Notes under the pieces: generated by a model
What the model saw: the letters and a program-made list of their open reading frames with translations, nothing else
The model's database searches: none
What the model was told of the DNA's origin: nothing
Source: an uncultured Chloroflexia bacterium
GTDB taxonomy: Bacteria; Chloroflexota; Anaerolineae; Anaerolineales; RBG-16-64-43
Assembly (NCBI GenBank): GCA_963780865.1
Contig: CAWADT010000013.1
Location: 157,189 to 221,188 of the forward strand
Direction of reading: 5' to 3'
DNA length: 64,000 bases
In this document: piece after piece, positions 19,646 to 29,013 of the stretch
How positions within the stretch are numbered: position 1 is the stretch's first letter
How the letters are laid out: each line of letters begins with the position of its first letter
Position numbers and translations under genes: made by a program

Positions 19646-22426
19646 ATGCCCGCAACCAGCAAGAAGAAAGCAACGGTAAAGCGTCCGAATAAGGCCGTCA
19701 AGACCGCGGCCGCAAAATCCAAGAAGTGGGTTTATTTATTCAGCGAAGTCGCCCAGGCGGAGAAATACGCCAAATCCTGGGATGGCGTGCGCGGACTACT
19801 TGGCGGGAAAGGCGCGGGGCTAGCCGATATAAATCGCGGCGGCTTGCCCGTGCCTCCCGGATTCACCGTAACCACCGAGGCGTGCAACGCCTTCCTCGCG
19901 GCCGGAGAAAAATTCCCCGCCGGGATGTGGGATCAGGAAGTGGCTGCGCTGAAGCAGGTGGAAAAAACCACCGGAAAGAAATTCGGCGACCCGAAAAATC
20001 CGCTCCTGGTCTCCTGCCGCTCCGGCGCGAAATTCTCCATGCCCGGGATGATGGACACCGTCCTGAATATCGGGTTGAACGACGAAACCGCGCAGGGCAT
20101 GGCGGCCCTGACAAAAAATGAACGGTTCGTCTACGACGCGTACCGGCGCCTGATTCAGATGTTTTCCTCCGTGGTGATGGGCACCCCCAAAGATGATTTT
20201 GAAAAGGTGCTCGAGACCTACCGGCACAAGCGCAATGTAACCAATGACGCCGAACTTCCGGTCGAAGACCTTAAGGCGATCACAACCGAGTTCAAGAAAA
20301 TCGTACGGTCCAAAACCGGACGGGATTTCCCATCCGATCCGATGGAGCAATTGAAGCTGGCCACCGAGGCCGTCTTCGAAAGCTGGAACGGCAAGCGGGC
20401 CATCGATTACCGCAAAGCCGCGAAGATCGCGGACGATCTGGGAACCGCGGTTAATATCGTCACCATGGTATTCGGCAATATGGGCGACGACAGCGGCACG
20501 GGCGTGTTGACCACCCGCAACGTTTCCGACGGCATCAAAGCCATCGAAGGCGATTTTCTCATCAACGCCCAGGGCGAAGACGTGGTTTCCGGGACCCGCC
20601 AGACGATGCGGATCGGGGAAATGAAAACCGTCATGCCCAAGATCTATGCCCAATTGGAGAAGTACTGCCAGCGTCTGGAAAAATATTACCGCGAAACGCA
20701 GGATATCGAATTCACGATCGAGCGCGGCATCCTTTGGATGCTTCAAACCCGCAACGCGAAGCGCACCGCTCAGGCCGCGATCCGGATTGCGGTCGATATG
20801 GCCGGCGAGAAATTAATCACCAAGGAAGAGGCGGTTTGGCGCGTGCAACCCGAGCACGTGGATTTTTACCTGCACCCGCAGTTCGAAGCCTCCGAGAAAA
20901 AGTACGCGGCCTCCCGCGGCGATTTGATCGCCACCGGGCTGAACGTCTCGCCCGGGGCCGCCGTCGGCCAGATCACCTTCGACGCCGACAGCGCGGAAAG
21001 CAAGGCCAAGAAAGAAAATATGTCCGTCATCATGGTCCGGCCGGAAACCACGCCCAATGACGTGCACGGCATGCTGGCCGCCAAGGGAATTCTCACCAGC
21101 CGCGGCGGGCGGACCTCACACGCCGCGCTGGTCGCGCGCCAGTTCGGAATCCCGGCGGTGGTCGGGGTAGCGGCGATGGAAGTGGACGTCGACAAACGAC
21201 AGTTTACCGTAGGGGGGAAAATCTACCGCGAAGGCGACTGGATTTCCGTTGACGGCACGACCGGCGAAGTGTTTGCCGGTAAGATCAAAACCGCCGACCC
21301 GTCCTTTGACGATCCGAATCTGCTCAAACTGCTTTCGTGGGCGGATGCCATTCGGAAACTCGGCGTGTGGGCGAATTCCGATTACCCGCGCGACGCCCGC
21401 CGGGCGCGGAATTTCGGCGCGGAAGGGATCGGACTATGCCGCACCGAGCACATGTTCTTCGAAACCGAACGGCTGCCGATCGTCCAGAAGATGATCCTGG
21501 CCAAAACCAACGAGGAGCGCAACGCGGCGCTGGACCAGTTGCTCCCGTTCCAGCGCAGCGATTTTGACGGCTTGTTCCGGGCCATGGACGGTCTTCCCGT
21601 CACTATTCGTCTGATCGACCCGCCCTTACACGAGTTCCTGCCCTCGCTCACCAGCCTGATCGAGGAAGTAACCACCCTGCGGATTAAAAACGACAACCCC
21701 GGGCTGTTGCAGGAGAAGGAAAAATTGCTCGCGGCCGTGGAAGGCATGCATGAGGACAACCCGATGCTGGGACTGCGCGGCGTCCGCCTGGGTATCCACA
21801 TTCCTGCATTAACTCGCATGCAGGTAAGGGCAATTTTCGAGGCGGCCTGCCAGTGCACCCGGCAGGGCGTAAGCGTTCACCCCAAGGTGATGATCCCCCT
21901 GATCTCGCACGTCAACGAGCTGCGCCTTCAGCAAACGGCGCTGGAAGAAGAGGCCCGCAAGGTGATGCAGGAGCAGGGGATTACCATCGAATACAAATTC
22001 GGGACGATGATCGAAATTCCAAGGGCCGCCCTCACTGCCGGCCAGATCGCGGAGATGGCTCAATTCTTTTCCTTTGGAACCAACGATCTTACCCAGATGA
22101 CCTACGGGATCTCGCGCGACGACGCGGAAAAGGGCTTCCTGATCGAATACATCGGGAAGAAAATCCTTTTGGAGAATCCGTTTGCCTCCATCGATGAAGA
22201 CGGCGTGGGCAAGCTGATGGACATGGCGGTGCGCGCGGGCCGTGCGACGAGGAAGACGCTGGACGTGGGAATTTGCGGCGAGCACGGGGGCGATCCGAAA
22301 TCCATCGGATTCTGCCACCGGATCGGGCTCAACTATGTGTCTTGTTCTCCCTTCCGCGTTCCGATTGCACGTCTGGCGGCCGCCCATGCCGCCATAGCCG
22401 AGAAAATGGGGGAAAAGGAAAAGTAA
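19646..22426 (+). CDS. ppdK: Pyruvate, phosphate dikinase with a Lys-rich N-terminal extension
   Basis: 926 aa with LLGGKGAGLADINRGGLPVPPGFTVTT, GGRTSHAALVARQFGIPAVVG and GLCRTEHMFF. The N-terminus reads MPATSKKKATVKRPNKAVKTAAAKSKK. Confidence 0.97.
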   Translation: MPATSKKKATVKRPNKAVKTAAAKSKKWVYLFSEVAQAEKYAKSWDGVRGLLGGKGAGLADINRGGLPVPPGFTVTTEACNAFLAAGEKFPAGMWDQEVAALKQVEKTTGKKFGDPKNPLLVSCRSGAKFSMPGMMDTVLNIGLNDETAQGMAALTKNERFVYDAYRRLIQMFSSVVMGTPKDDFEKVLETYRHKRNVTNDAELPVEDLKAITTEFKKIVRSKTGRDFPSDPMEQLKLATEAVFESWNGKRAIDYRKAAKIADDLGTAVNIVTMVFGNMGDDSGTGVLTTRNVSDGIKAIEGDFLINAQGEDVVSGTRQTMRIGEMKTVMPKIYAQLEKYCQRLEKYYRETQDIEFTIERGILWMLQTRNAKRTAQAAIRIAVDMAGEKLITKEEAVWRVQPEHVDFYLHPQFEASEKKYAASRGDLIATGLNVSPGAAVGQITFDADSAESKAKKENMSVIMVRPETTPNDVHGMLAAKGILTSRGGRTSHAALVARQFGIPAVVGVAAMEVDVDKRQFTVGGKIYREGDWISVDGTTGEVFAGKIKTADPSFDDPNLLKLLSWADAIRKLGVWANSDYPRDARRARNFGAEGIGLCRTEHMFFETERLPIVQKMILAKTNEERNAALDQLLPFQRSDFDGLFRAMDGLPVTIRLIDPPLHEFLPSLTSLIEEVTTLRIKNDNPGLLQEKEKLLAAVEGMHEDNPMLGLRGVRLGIHIPALTRMQVRAIFEAACQCTRQGVSVHPKVMIPLISHVNELRLQQTALEEEARKVMQEQGITIEYKFGTMIEIPRAALTAGQIAEMAQFFSFGTNDLTQMTYGISRDDAEKGFLIEYIGKKILLENPFASIDEDGVGKLMDMAVRAGRATRKTLDVGICGEHGGDPKSIGFCHRIGLNYVSCSPFRVPIARLAAAHAAIAEKMGEKEK

Positions 22427-22446
22427 GGCGAAAGGAACGGATAACC

Positions 22447-22479
22447 AACAGGCTGCAGATTTTTCTGCAGCCTGTTTTT
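22447..22479 (+). terminator. Rho-independent terminator of ppdK
   Basis: The arms aacaggctgcag and ctgcagcctgtt form a 12-bp stem with loop attttt. The right arm runs into a T-run (22475-22479). Confidence 0.8.
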
Positions 22480-22486
22480 ATTAACA

Positions 22487-22518
22487 AGACCGAGGCGGTC
22501 TATAGATCGCCTCGGTCT
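22487..22518 (-). terminator. Hairpin downstream of the HNH gene (probable terminator for the convergent minus-strand gene)
   Basis: The arms agaccgaggcg and cgcctcggtct form an 11-bp stem with a 10-nt loop, 12 nt after the minus-strand stop. The trailing U-run is weak. Confidence 0.5.
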
Positions 22519-22529
22519 GCGGAGCGAGT

Positions 22530-23033
22530 TTACCAGCCTTCCAAATACGTCCGCCACTCGGAAAAATCGTCCAGATAATGGCCGAACAGATACAGGGCGG
22601 ATCGGGGAGGTTCGCGGGGAGGCGTCCGAAGGCGCATGTGAGCCTCGTCCAGCAAGCGTCCGCCCTTATTTCGGTTGCACGGCGGGCAGGCGGCCACCAG
22701 GTTTTCCCAGGCATGCGCGCCGCCGCGGTAGCGGGGGATGACGTGATCGACCGTGAGATGCAGGGTGCGCCTTCCGCAATATTGGCAGGTGTAGCCGTCC
22801 CTCCGGAAGATTTCCTTTTTAGAGAGATGCGGGAAGGGCCGCGGAGGGTGAATCATTTTCTGCAACTGGATGACCGAGGGGCAGGGGAGGGACAAGCGAA
22901 CCGTATGGACGTAACCACGGCCATTAATGACCAGGCGGGCTTTTCCGCCAAGGATCAGATGCAACGCCCTCCGCGTATCGCACACGTGCAGCGGTTCGTA
23001 ATTGGCGTTTAATACCAGAACCGGGGTCTTCAT
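22530..23033 (-). CDS. Small stand-alone HNH endonuclease family protein
   Basis: 167 aa with CQYCGRR...LTVDHVIPRYRGGAHAWENLVAACPPCNRNK, an HNH motif with a CxxC...CxxC zinc site. Confidence 0.85.
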   Translation of the reverse strand: MKTPVLVLNANYEPLHVCDTRRALHLILGGKARLVINGRGYVHTVRLSLPCPSVIQLQKMIHPPRPFPHLSKKEIFRRDGYTCQYCGRRTLHLTVDHVIPRYRGGAHAWENLVAACPPCNRNKGGRLLDEAHMRLRTPPREPPRSALYLFGHYLDDFSEWRTYLEGW

Positions 23034-23334
23034 GGCTCCTCAGGAATTTTCGGGAGTATAGCACCGGTCGGGCGGGAGGCGCAAGTTTCTCGCGCTTCCG
23101 CAGTCCACGGTTCCCGCTTTTGCGGGATGCAGAATTCTTTTCAGCATACCGCGAAAATAAACGAGTAAAACGATTTGTGATACTGCGTGACCAGCCGAGA
23201 GGTTATTTTTCATCGAGCAATGTCCGCCGCAAGAACAGAATCTGCGCAGGCAGTAGAGATAAAGCGGGCGGCACGGGTAGAAATGGATCCAATAGTGATT
23301 TTTCTGCACCGCGGCTTGAATTATTTTTAAAGGA

Positions 23335-24363
23335 TCAACCGGAATAGGAACTTCTCAGGGAGAATAGCCTGGCTTCGGCCAGGCCAGGGTTTCGATCCAA
23401 TGCGTACAAGCCGCCCACTCCCTCCACCGCCAGAGAGGCCGAAATACACCCATGGAGCGCCGATTCGACCGGATCATAGGATTTGTGCCAGGCGACCAGG
23501 AACCCGCCGCAAAAAGAATCTCCGACTCCGATGGGATTTATTATTTCCGACGGATAGAACGCGGAGAAGTGCATTCGTTTGGAATCGGAATCAAAGACCG
23601 TGACGCCCGTAAGTTCTTTCTGGATTAAGACGATTTTCGGCCCAAGCTTCGCGATGAACTCCGCAATCTCCGCGAGATCCATAACGGTCGTGGGAAAAAG
23701 TTTTCTCACGCTTTCTTCCTGGGCAAAGAAAACGTCAATTCCATGCAATAATTGCCCGATCTGCGGAAGGTTCGACGGCAAATACATTCCTTTGGAGGGC
23801 GATAAGCAGATCGTCCCGAGGCCAAACTGCCTGAGCGCCACGGTTAAAGTAATCTGGCTGAGATAGTGGCACGGAGCGATATACGCGGCCCTCGCCTGGC
23901 GGTAGTCCGTTGGAATATCCTCTCTGCGGATAGCGATTTCCGGAAAGTATGAGGTTTGACTTTCTCTGATGGAGGGAGGGGAGTAATCCAACAATTCGGG
24001 AGGGCAAGGAATATTCCGGCGCGCGTAGTATTTGATCGGATCCCAGTCGATGCCTTGATCCCACTGGTCGTAACAGTAAAACCCTTCGATGGGTTGTTTA
24101 TGCGGAATTACGCGGATTCCGCGCGTATCCAACCCTTTCGCGCGGATGGAGGCCAGGAGGTTCTCCGGAAAATTTTCGCCGACCCTCGCGACCAAACCCG
24201 GAGGATCAGGGGTCCAGATTTTCGCGCCCGCGCCCGCATACAGGCAGGGCCCGCCGAGGAGATGCGAATATTGCTTCCCATCCGGAGTCAGAAAGTATTC
24301 GATCCGCAACGGTCCCGCCATGATGATCTGGGGAGTTTTTTCGGGAGCGGAGTTTGGCGTCAT
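23335..24363 (-). CDS. PfkB-family carbohydrate/nucleoside kinase
   Basis: The C-terminal motif INPIGVGDSFCGGFLVAW is the PfkB signature 2. The start is uncertain: ATG at 24363 (MTPNSAP...) or at 24405. Confidence 0.75.
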   Translation of the reverse strand: MTPNSAPEKTPQIIMAGPLRIEYFLTPDGKQYSHLLGGPCLYAGAGAKIWTPDPPGLVARVGENFPENLLASIRAKGLDTRGIRVIPHKQPIEGFYCYDQWDQGIDWDPIKYYARRNIPCPPELLDYSPPSIRESQTSYFPEIAIRREDIPTDYRQARAAYIAPCHYLSQITLTVALRQFGLGTICLSPSKGMYLPSNLPQIGQLLHGIDVFFAQEESVRKLFPTTVMDLAEIAEFIAKLGPKIVLIQKELTGVTVFDSDSKRMHFSAFYPSEIINPIGVGDSFCGGFLVAWHKSYDPVESALHGCISASLAVEGVGGLYALDRNPGLAEARLFSLRSSYSG

Positions 24364-24506
24364 GGTTTTGTGTTCGGAGAAAATTTCCGGCTTTCCATCT
24401 TGCATCCGTCAACCCAACCGCGATATAATGATGAAACGTTATTGAAAATCCCATTCCTTCGCAGTTCCCAGGCATTCCGTTTCGCCATCAGATATATTAT
24501 AAACTC

Positions 24507-25185
24507 ATGACGCCGGCAAAGGTTCTCCTGATCGAATCGGATCGCACCACGGTTCCTTCCCACAGCTCCGCATTATTAAAAAAGGGGTTCGCCTTGCTGG
24601 TGGAAAATTCCCCCGGCAAAGCCGCCGATCGCGCCCGAGCGACGAAGCCGGACGTGGTAGTCCTGGACGCTATCTCCTTGCATACCTCCGGATTGCGGCT
24701 CTGCCGCCATTTGCACAAAGAGATCGCGGATTGCCCGATCGTCCTGATCACGCGCGCGATCCTTTCCAACCCGGCGGATGTCGGTGCCAATTGCGTTCTG
24801 GTGCCGCCGTTCACTCCCCGAAAACTACTCAACGCCGTCCAACGCCAGCTGCCCAGCGACGAGGATAGCTGCATTCAAGCGGGACCGATCCGCCTCAACA
24901 CGCGGCAGAGAAAAGTGGCGTGCGGAGGAAGGGAAGACCAGGTGACCCCGAAAGAAGCGCGGCTCCTGGAAATTTTCCTGCGCCATCCGGGAATTCTACT
25001 GACCAGGAAATTCCTGATTAAAACGGTGTGGGAGACCGATTATACGGGCGATACCCGGACTTGTAGACGTTCATATCTCCTGGTTGCGCCAGATTCTAGA
25101 ACCGGACCCGTCGTCGCCGCGGTATTTAAAAACAATCCGCGGGCAGGGATACCGGTTGGAAATCCCCGACGCGGCCAAGAAATAA
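24507..25185 (+). pseudogene. OmpR-family response regulator, interrupted by one extra nucleotide at about 25061-25062
   Basis: The receiver domain is intact (VLLIESD, DVVVLDAISL, PIVLITR). The wHTH reads ...[12 protein letters not shown] and then shifts. The +1 frame gives [40 protein letters not shown] with a stop at 25183-25185. The span is 679 nt, which is 3n+1. No histidine kinase is adjacent. Confidence 0.85.
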
Positions 25186-25195
25186 TCCCCCGCGG

Positions 25196-26509
25196 TTACT
25201 CCACCGCAAGCTCAACCGATTTCTGCAGGGCGACGACCGAACCATCCGAACACACGGCTCGGATGCAGATTTGATATTTTCCCCGCCGCGGATACCGATG
25301 GATCGCGGTCAGTTCCGGGGAGCCGCTTCTCCACGGCCGGGCGGATTGAAAAGTGCTGTGGAAAATCTCCCCGTGAAAATCAAAATCCACTTCCCAGTAA
25401 TCCAGCGAATCCGGAAAACCGTTCGGCGGACAGGGATCGATCCCTTTCAGTCTAACTCGGACCTCGCGCCTATCGGCCTGAACGCCGGCCCGGATCCGGT
25501 GCCGGGAGGACGAAAGCATGGTTGGAGCCGGAAACGATTCGACCGCGTACGGCGCGGCTTTGGCCAGAGAGAGCCTTCTCTGGCAGATGGAAATCGATTG
25601 CAATAAACTGTCGCAGCCGATCCAACGGCGGGAAAGGGAATCGGCCACCCGCAAGGTTGTCCCCGATCCGCAAAAAAAATCGCCGATGAGATCACCGGGA
25701 TTGCTGGAAGACGTCAGGATGCGTTCGAGCAGCGCTTCCGGTTTTTGGGTCGGGAAACCGGTCCGTTCGCTGTGCAGACGGGCGATCACCGGAAAATACC
25801 ACCAATCTTCGGGAATTTTTCCACGGCCCAGATCGGGGCGCTTTCCGAATCCGGCTTTGGAAGAGGAGGCGAAGGTGCGAATCGTGCTCGGATGATAGGG
25901 AACGCGCACGCGATCGGGAAAGAAGCTCGGCTTTTTCCCCTTCGCGTACGCAAGAATGGTATCGTGTTTGCGGTTGAAATACGCTTTTACCGGCGAGGGG
26001 CCGTGGTAGACCCAGATGATCTCGTTTATAAAATTGGAGGGACCGAAAACCTCATCCAGCAGAATCTTTGCAAAGTGCACCGCTCTCCAGTCCAGATGGA
26101 GATACAACATCCCGCTGGGCGCCAACAGCTCATGCATGCGCAGCAATCGCGGGTAGAGCATGGAAAGATATTCTTCCAGCGTGTTCCACGAATCGCTATA
26201 TCCGGAGCCCATTTTCCAGCTCTCGGGCCGGCGGGAATCTTCCCCGCTTCCGATGCGCCGCAGAAACCCCTTCCCCGTGGCAAACGGCGGATCGGCATAG
26301 ATCAACTGAAAGCTGGCCCGCTGCTCCCGCAGGAGTGCGTCCATCACCGGGAGGTTGTCGCCCCAGATCAGTCGATTCTCCGGCTGGGCGGCGCCCTTGC
26401 GTGAACCTCCCGATGGGTACACTTCCATCTTCCTTTCGAGCGTAAGCGTGCTTGCAGAGGGGAGGTCTGCTTTTCCCTGCCACTCCAGATGGATGGAAGT
26501 TGATTTCAT
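25196..26509 (-). CDS. Beta-class N6-adenine/N4-cytosine DNA methyltransferase with a C-terminal extra domain of about 110 aa
   Basis: 437 aa. Motif IV (LIYADPPFATG) precedes motif I (DFFCGSGTTLRVA), the beta-class order. The tail DYWEVDFDFHGEIFHSTF...GKYQICIRAVCSDGSVV looks like a small beta-sandwich. No endonuclease is adjacent. Confidence 0.85.
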   Translation of the reverse strand: MKSTSIHLEWQGKADLPSASTLTLERKMEVYPSGGSRKGAAQPENRLIWGDNLPVMDALLREQRASFQLIYADPPFATGKGFLRRIGSGEDSRRPESWKMGSGYSDSWNTLEEYLSMLYPRLLRMHELLAPSGMLYLHLDWRAVHFAKILLDEVFGPSNFINEIIWVYHGPSPVKAYFNRKHDTILAYAKGKKPSFFPDRVRVPYHPSTIRTFASSSKAGFGKRPDLGRGKIPEDWWYFPVIARLHSERTGFPTQKPEALLERILTSSSNPGDLIGDFFCGSGTTLRVADSLSRRWIGCDSLLQSISICQRRLSLAKAAPYAVESFPAPTMLSSSRHRIRAGVQADRREVRVRLKGIDPCPPNGFPDSLDYWEVDFDFHGEIFHSTFQSARPWRSGSPELTAIHRYPRRGKYQICIRAVCSDGSVVALQKSVELAVE

Positions 26510-26569
26510 GATTGGCTGCCAGGTGGAGCGTTGACGGGGTCCGGTTAAAACAAGCCCCGCGCTTCCGGA

Positions 26570-28381
26570 CTACATGGCTGCGGGGGATTCTATCCCCAAC
26601 AAGCGCAGGCTATTGGATAAGGTTTGTCTGGTCGCCGCAACGATCGCCAGGCGCGTCCGGCGGATTTCGGGTTCCGCTTGCAGGACGGGGCAGGCGCCGT
26701 AAAAATCCGTGAATGCCTTGGCTAGAAAGTAGGCATAGTTGGCCATATGCAGCGGCTTGTATTCGTCCGCGGCGTGTTGCACTTCCTCCGGAAAACGCGC
26801 GATCCATTCGATCAACGTGATTTCCGCCGCATGCAAATCGTAATTCGGCAGCACGGGTTGCGAGGCGGTTTCGGCCTTGGCGAGGATGCTTCCGGCGCGG
26901 ACGTGCGCATATTGGATGTAAGGGGCCGCTTGTCCGTCGAAGCTGAGCGCCGATTCCCAGGAGAAGACGATTTGTTTGGTATTGTCGACCGAGAGCATTA
27001 CGTACTTGAGCGCGCCCAATCCCACCTGCCAGGCCGTCTTTTCTCGTTCGGCGCCGGCCAGATCCGGATTCTTTTCCGCGATGATCGCTTGAATCCTCGC
27101 CTGGGCTTCCTGCACAACGTCCAAATAATAAACCATGTTCCCTTTGCGGGACGACATGGTGCCTTCCGGCAGGGTGACGATCCCGTACGCCAGGTGATAG
27201 CACTTCGAAGCCTGGGGGAAACCCCATAGCTCCAGGATCTTGAACGCCTGCTGGAAGTGCAAACTTTGACGGTAGTCGACCACGTAGATGGACCGGTCGA
27301 CGTGATATTGCTCGAATTTTATTTTCGCCAGGGCCAGGTCTTTGGTGAGATACAAGCTCGTTCCGTCGGACCGCAGGATGACGGCGATCCGGTAGGTTTC
27401 CCGGGTCAATCCCAATTTTTCGTCGATCCGAACGATAACCGGTCCGCCGGTGGGGCGTTCGTCCTCGGCGATGTTGCGGGCGATCAATTCGTCGACGATG
27501 GCTTTTCCCGGCTCATCCGCATCGCTTTCGTAAAAATAGACGTCGATCGGAATGTCCAGTTGTTTGAGGATTTCGTGGAGCTCGTCCAAACTCCATTGGC
27601 GGGTCCGTTTCCAAAGTTCGCGCACCCGTAAATCGCCGTCATCCCACAAGTGATAGAGATCCCGGACTTCGGCTTCATAGCCCTCGCGGCGAATCCGTTC
27701 CGCGTCGGTCTCGTCCGGTTTGGGTTCCAGCAGCGAAGACGCCTCGGTGTAGACTTCCCCCAGCCAGCGCCCACGTTCGAGCACGTCCCGGGGTTCCTCT
27801 CCGGCGTGGAATTTCTGATAAGCCCACATGCAGCGGACCACGCCCAAGCCGATATCCCCCGGGTAGGAAGCCCGAACCGTCTCGAAACCGGCGAATTCCG
27901 TGAGCCGCGCGAGTGATTCCCCCAACACCGCGTTGCGAAAATGCCCTATGTGAAACGAGTGGTGGGTATTGGGTTGGGCGTATTCCACCATCACCCGTTC
28001 GCCCTTCGGTGATCCCCGTCCATAATCCGGACCATCGGTAAGAACCGTTTCCAGGACTTTATGAACGTATCGTTTGGTATCAAAAAAAATATTGACATAC
28101 CCGCGCGACGCCTCGACGCGGGAAAATCCTTCCGGAAGATGGATTCCGGCCGCAATCTGCTCGGCCAGTTCCTGGGCCGTGCGAGCAACGGGCGCGGAAC
28201 TTTTCCCGGAACGCATGAGGAACGCGGCGGCTTTCAAGCAGGCGGAGGTTCCCAACCCCCATTGATTGACGAGTGGGATGGATATCCAGTCGACCGACGC
28301 AGGGTCCGTTATGCCCCGGTCGGAGAACGCGGAGAGGATTTGCCCGCCAATGGATTGAATCGCGCTGTCGAATATTCTCAT
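26570..28381 (-). CDS. argS: Arginine--tRNA ligase
   Basis: 603 aa with the class I HIGH variant (NTHHSFHIGHFRN), an MSSRKG (KMSKS-like) motif, and a C-terminal anticodon-binding DALR-type region. Confidence 0.95.
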   Translation of the reverse strand: MRIFDSAIQSIGGQILSAFSDRGITDPASVDWISIPLVNQWGLGTSACLKAAAFLMRSGKSSAPVARTAQELAEQIAAGIHLPEGFSRVEASRGYVNIFFDTKRYVHKVLETVLTDGPDYGRGSPKGERVMVEYAQPNTHHSFHIGHFRNAVLGESLARLTEFAGFETVRASYPGDIGLGVVRCMWAYQKFHAGEEPRDVLERGRWLGEVYTEASSLLEPKPDETDAERIRREGYEAEVRDLYHLWDDGDLRVRELWKRTRQWSLDELHEILKQLDIPIDVYFYESDADEPGKAIVDELIARNIAEDERPTGGPVIVRIDEKLGLTRETYRIAVILRSDGTSLYLTKDLALAKIKFEQYHVDRSIYVVDYRQSLHFQQAFKILELWGFPQASKCYHLAYGIVTLPEGTMSSRKGNMVYYLDVVQEAQARIQAIIAEKNPDLAGAEREKTAWQVGLGALKYVMLSVDNTKQIVFSWESALSFDGQAAPYIQYAHVRAGSILAKAETASQPVLPNYDLHAAEITLIEWIARFPEEVQHAADEYKPLHMANYAYFLAKAFTDFYGACPVLQAEPEIRRTRLAIVAATRQTLSNSLRLLGIESPAAM

Positions 28382-28424
28382 GAGGCCGTTTGGGGTCCCG
28401 TCAGACGGGAGGGGACCGCCGCCG

Positions 28425-28452
28425 CGAACGAAAGCCCCCGGAGCCGGGGGCT
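28425..28452 (-). terminator. Probable terminator of rpsT
   Basis: On the minus strand AGCCCCCGG-CT-CCGGGGGCT is followed by TTCGTTC, and it lies about 37 nt after the rpsT stop. Confidence 0.5.
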
Positions 28453-28488
28453 AAGATAGTCAATCAGGAGCGTCTATCCAATTCTGCA

Positions 28489-28764
28489 TCAGGTCTTGGA
28501 TTTCTTCTGCGCTTTCATGGAATTCAATTCCCGGAGGAGTTGGCTCTTCCGGCGGGCGGCATTGTTCTTATGAATCACCCCTTTGGCGGCCGCTTTGTCC
28601 AATTCCCGGATGGCCAAGAGCAAGGCGGCTTCATCGCCCTTCGCTTGGATTTGTTCCTTGGCTTTGGAGACAGCCGATCGGGCCCGGCTGCGGATGATCC
28701 GGTTGCGAACACGTTTTCTGTCATTGCTGCGGATGCGTTTGATCGCGGATTTTATATTCGCCAA
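28489..28764 (-). CDS. rpsT: 30S ribosomal protein S20
   Basis: A TTG start at 28764 is preceded by AGGAGG with a 5-nt gap. The product is (M)[21 protein letters not shown]...[16 protein letters not shown]. The longer listed ORF to 28905 is upstream read-through. Confidence 0.9.
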   Translation of the reverse strand: MANIKSAIKRIRSNDRKRVRNRIIRSRARSAVSKAKEQIQAKGDEAALLLAIRELDKAAAKGVIHKNNAARRKSQLLRELNSMKAQKKSKT

Positions 28765-29013
28765 AATATCCTCCTGGGAAAAGAATGGCGATGTATTATA
28801 CCTTCTCCAATAATTCCGTGTAAAGGCTGCGAATCCGCCCGGCCGGCGCGGAGCGTTGCCGGGGCAACCGGTTTGACACACCGGTATCCGCCGGGTAAAC
28901 TGCAATTCCCCGTCGACCGCTTCCCGAGCCGTCTCTTTTCGCCCTGGAGGAACCCGGATGCGGTTTATGGGTTAATCCTAACAACCGTTCGCGCGACAGG
29001 AGAATTTCGTAAT

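Noticed and set aside
22530-26509. HNH endonuclease plus DNA methyltransferase as a restriction-modification or defence island
   Set aside because: The two genes are separated by a PfkB kinase and a response regulator. The HNH protein belongs to a small, widely conserved stand-alone type. No helicase, ATPase or specificity subunit is present, and nothing supports functional linkage.
28382-28488. Possible T-box leader upstream of argS
   Set aside because: Most of the roughly 100-nt gap is taken by the rpsT terminator. It is too short for a T-box, and I saw no specifier or T-box sequence.
28390-29013. N-terminal 208 aa of the listed 435-aa plus-strand ORF
   Set aside because: This part is antisense to rpsT and its promoter region. 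Only the PlsY portion, from the ATG at 29014, is credible.
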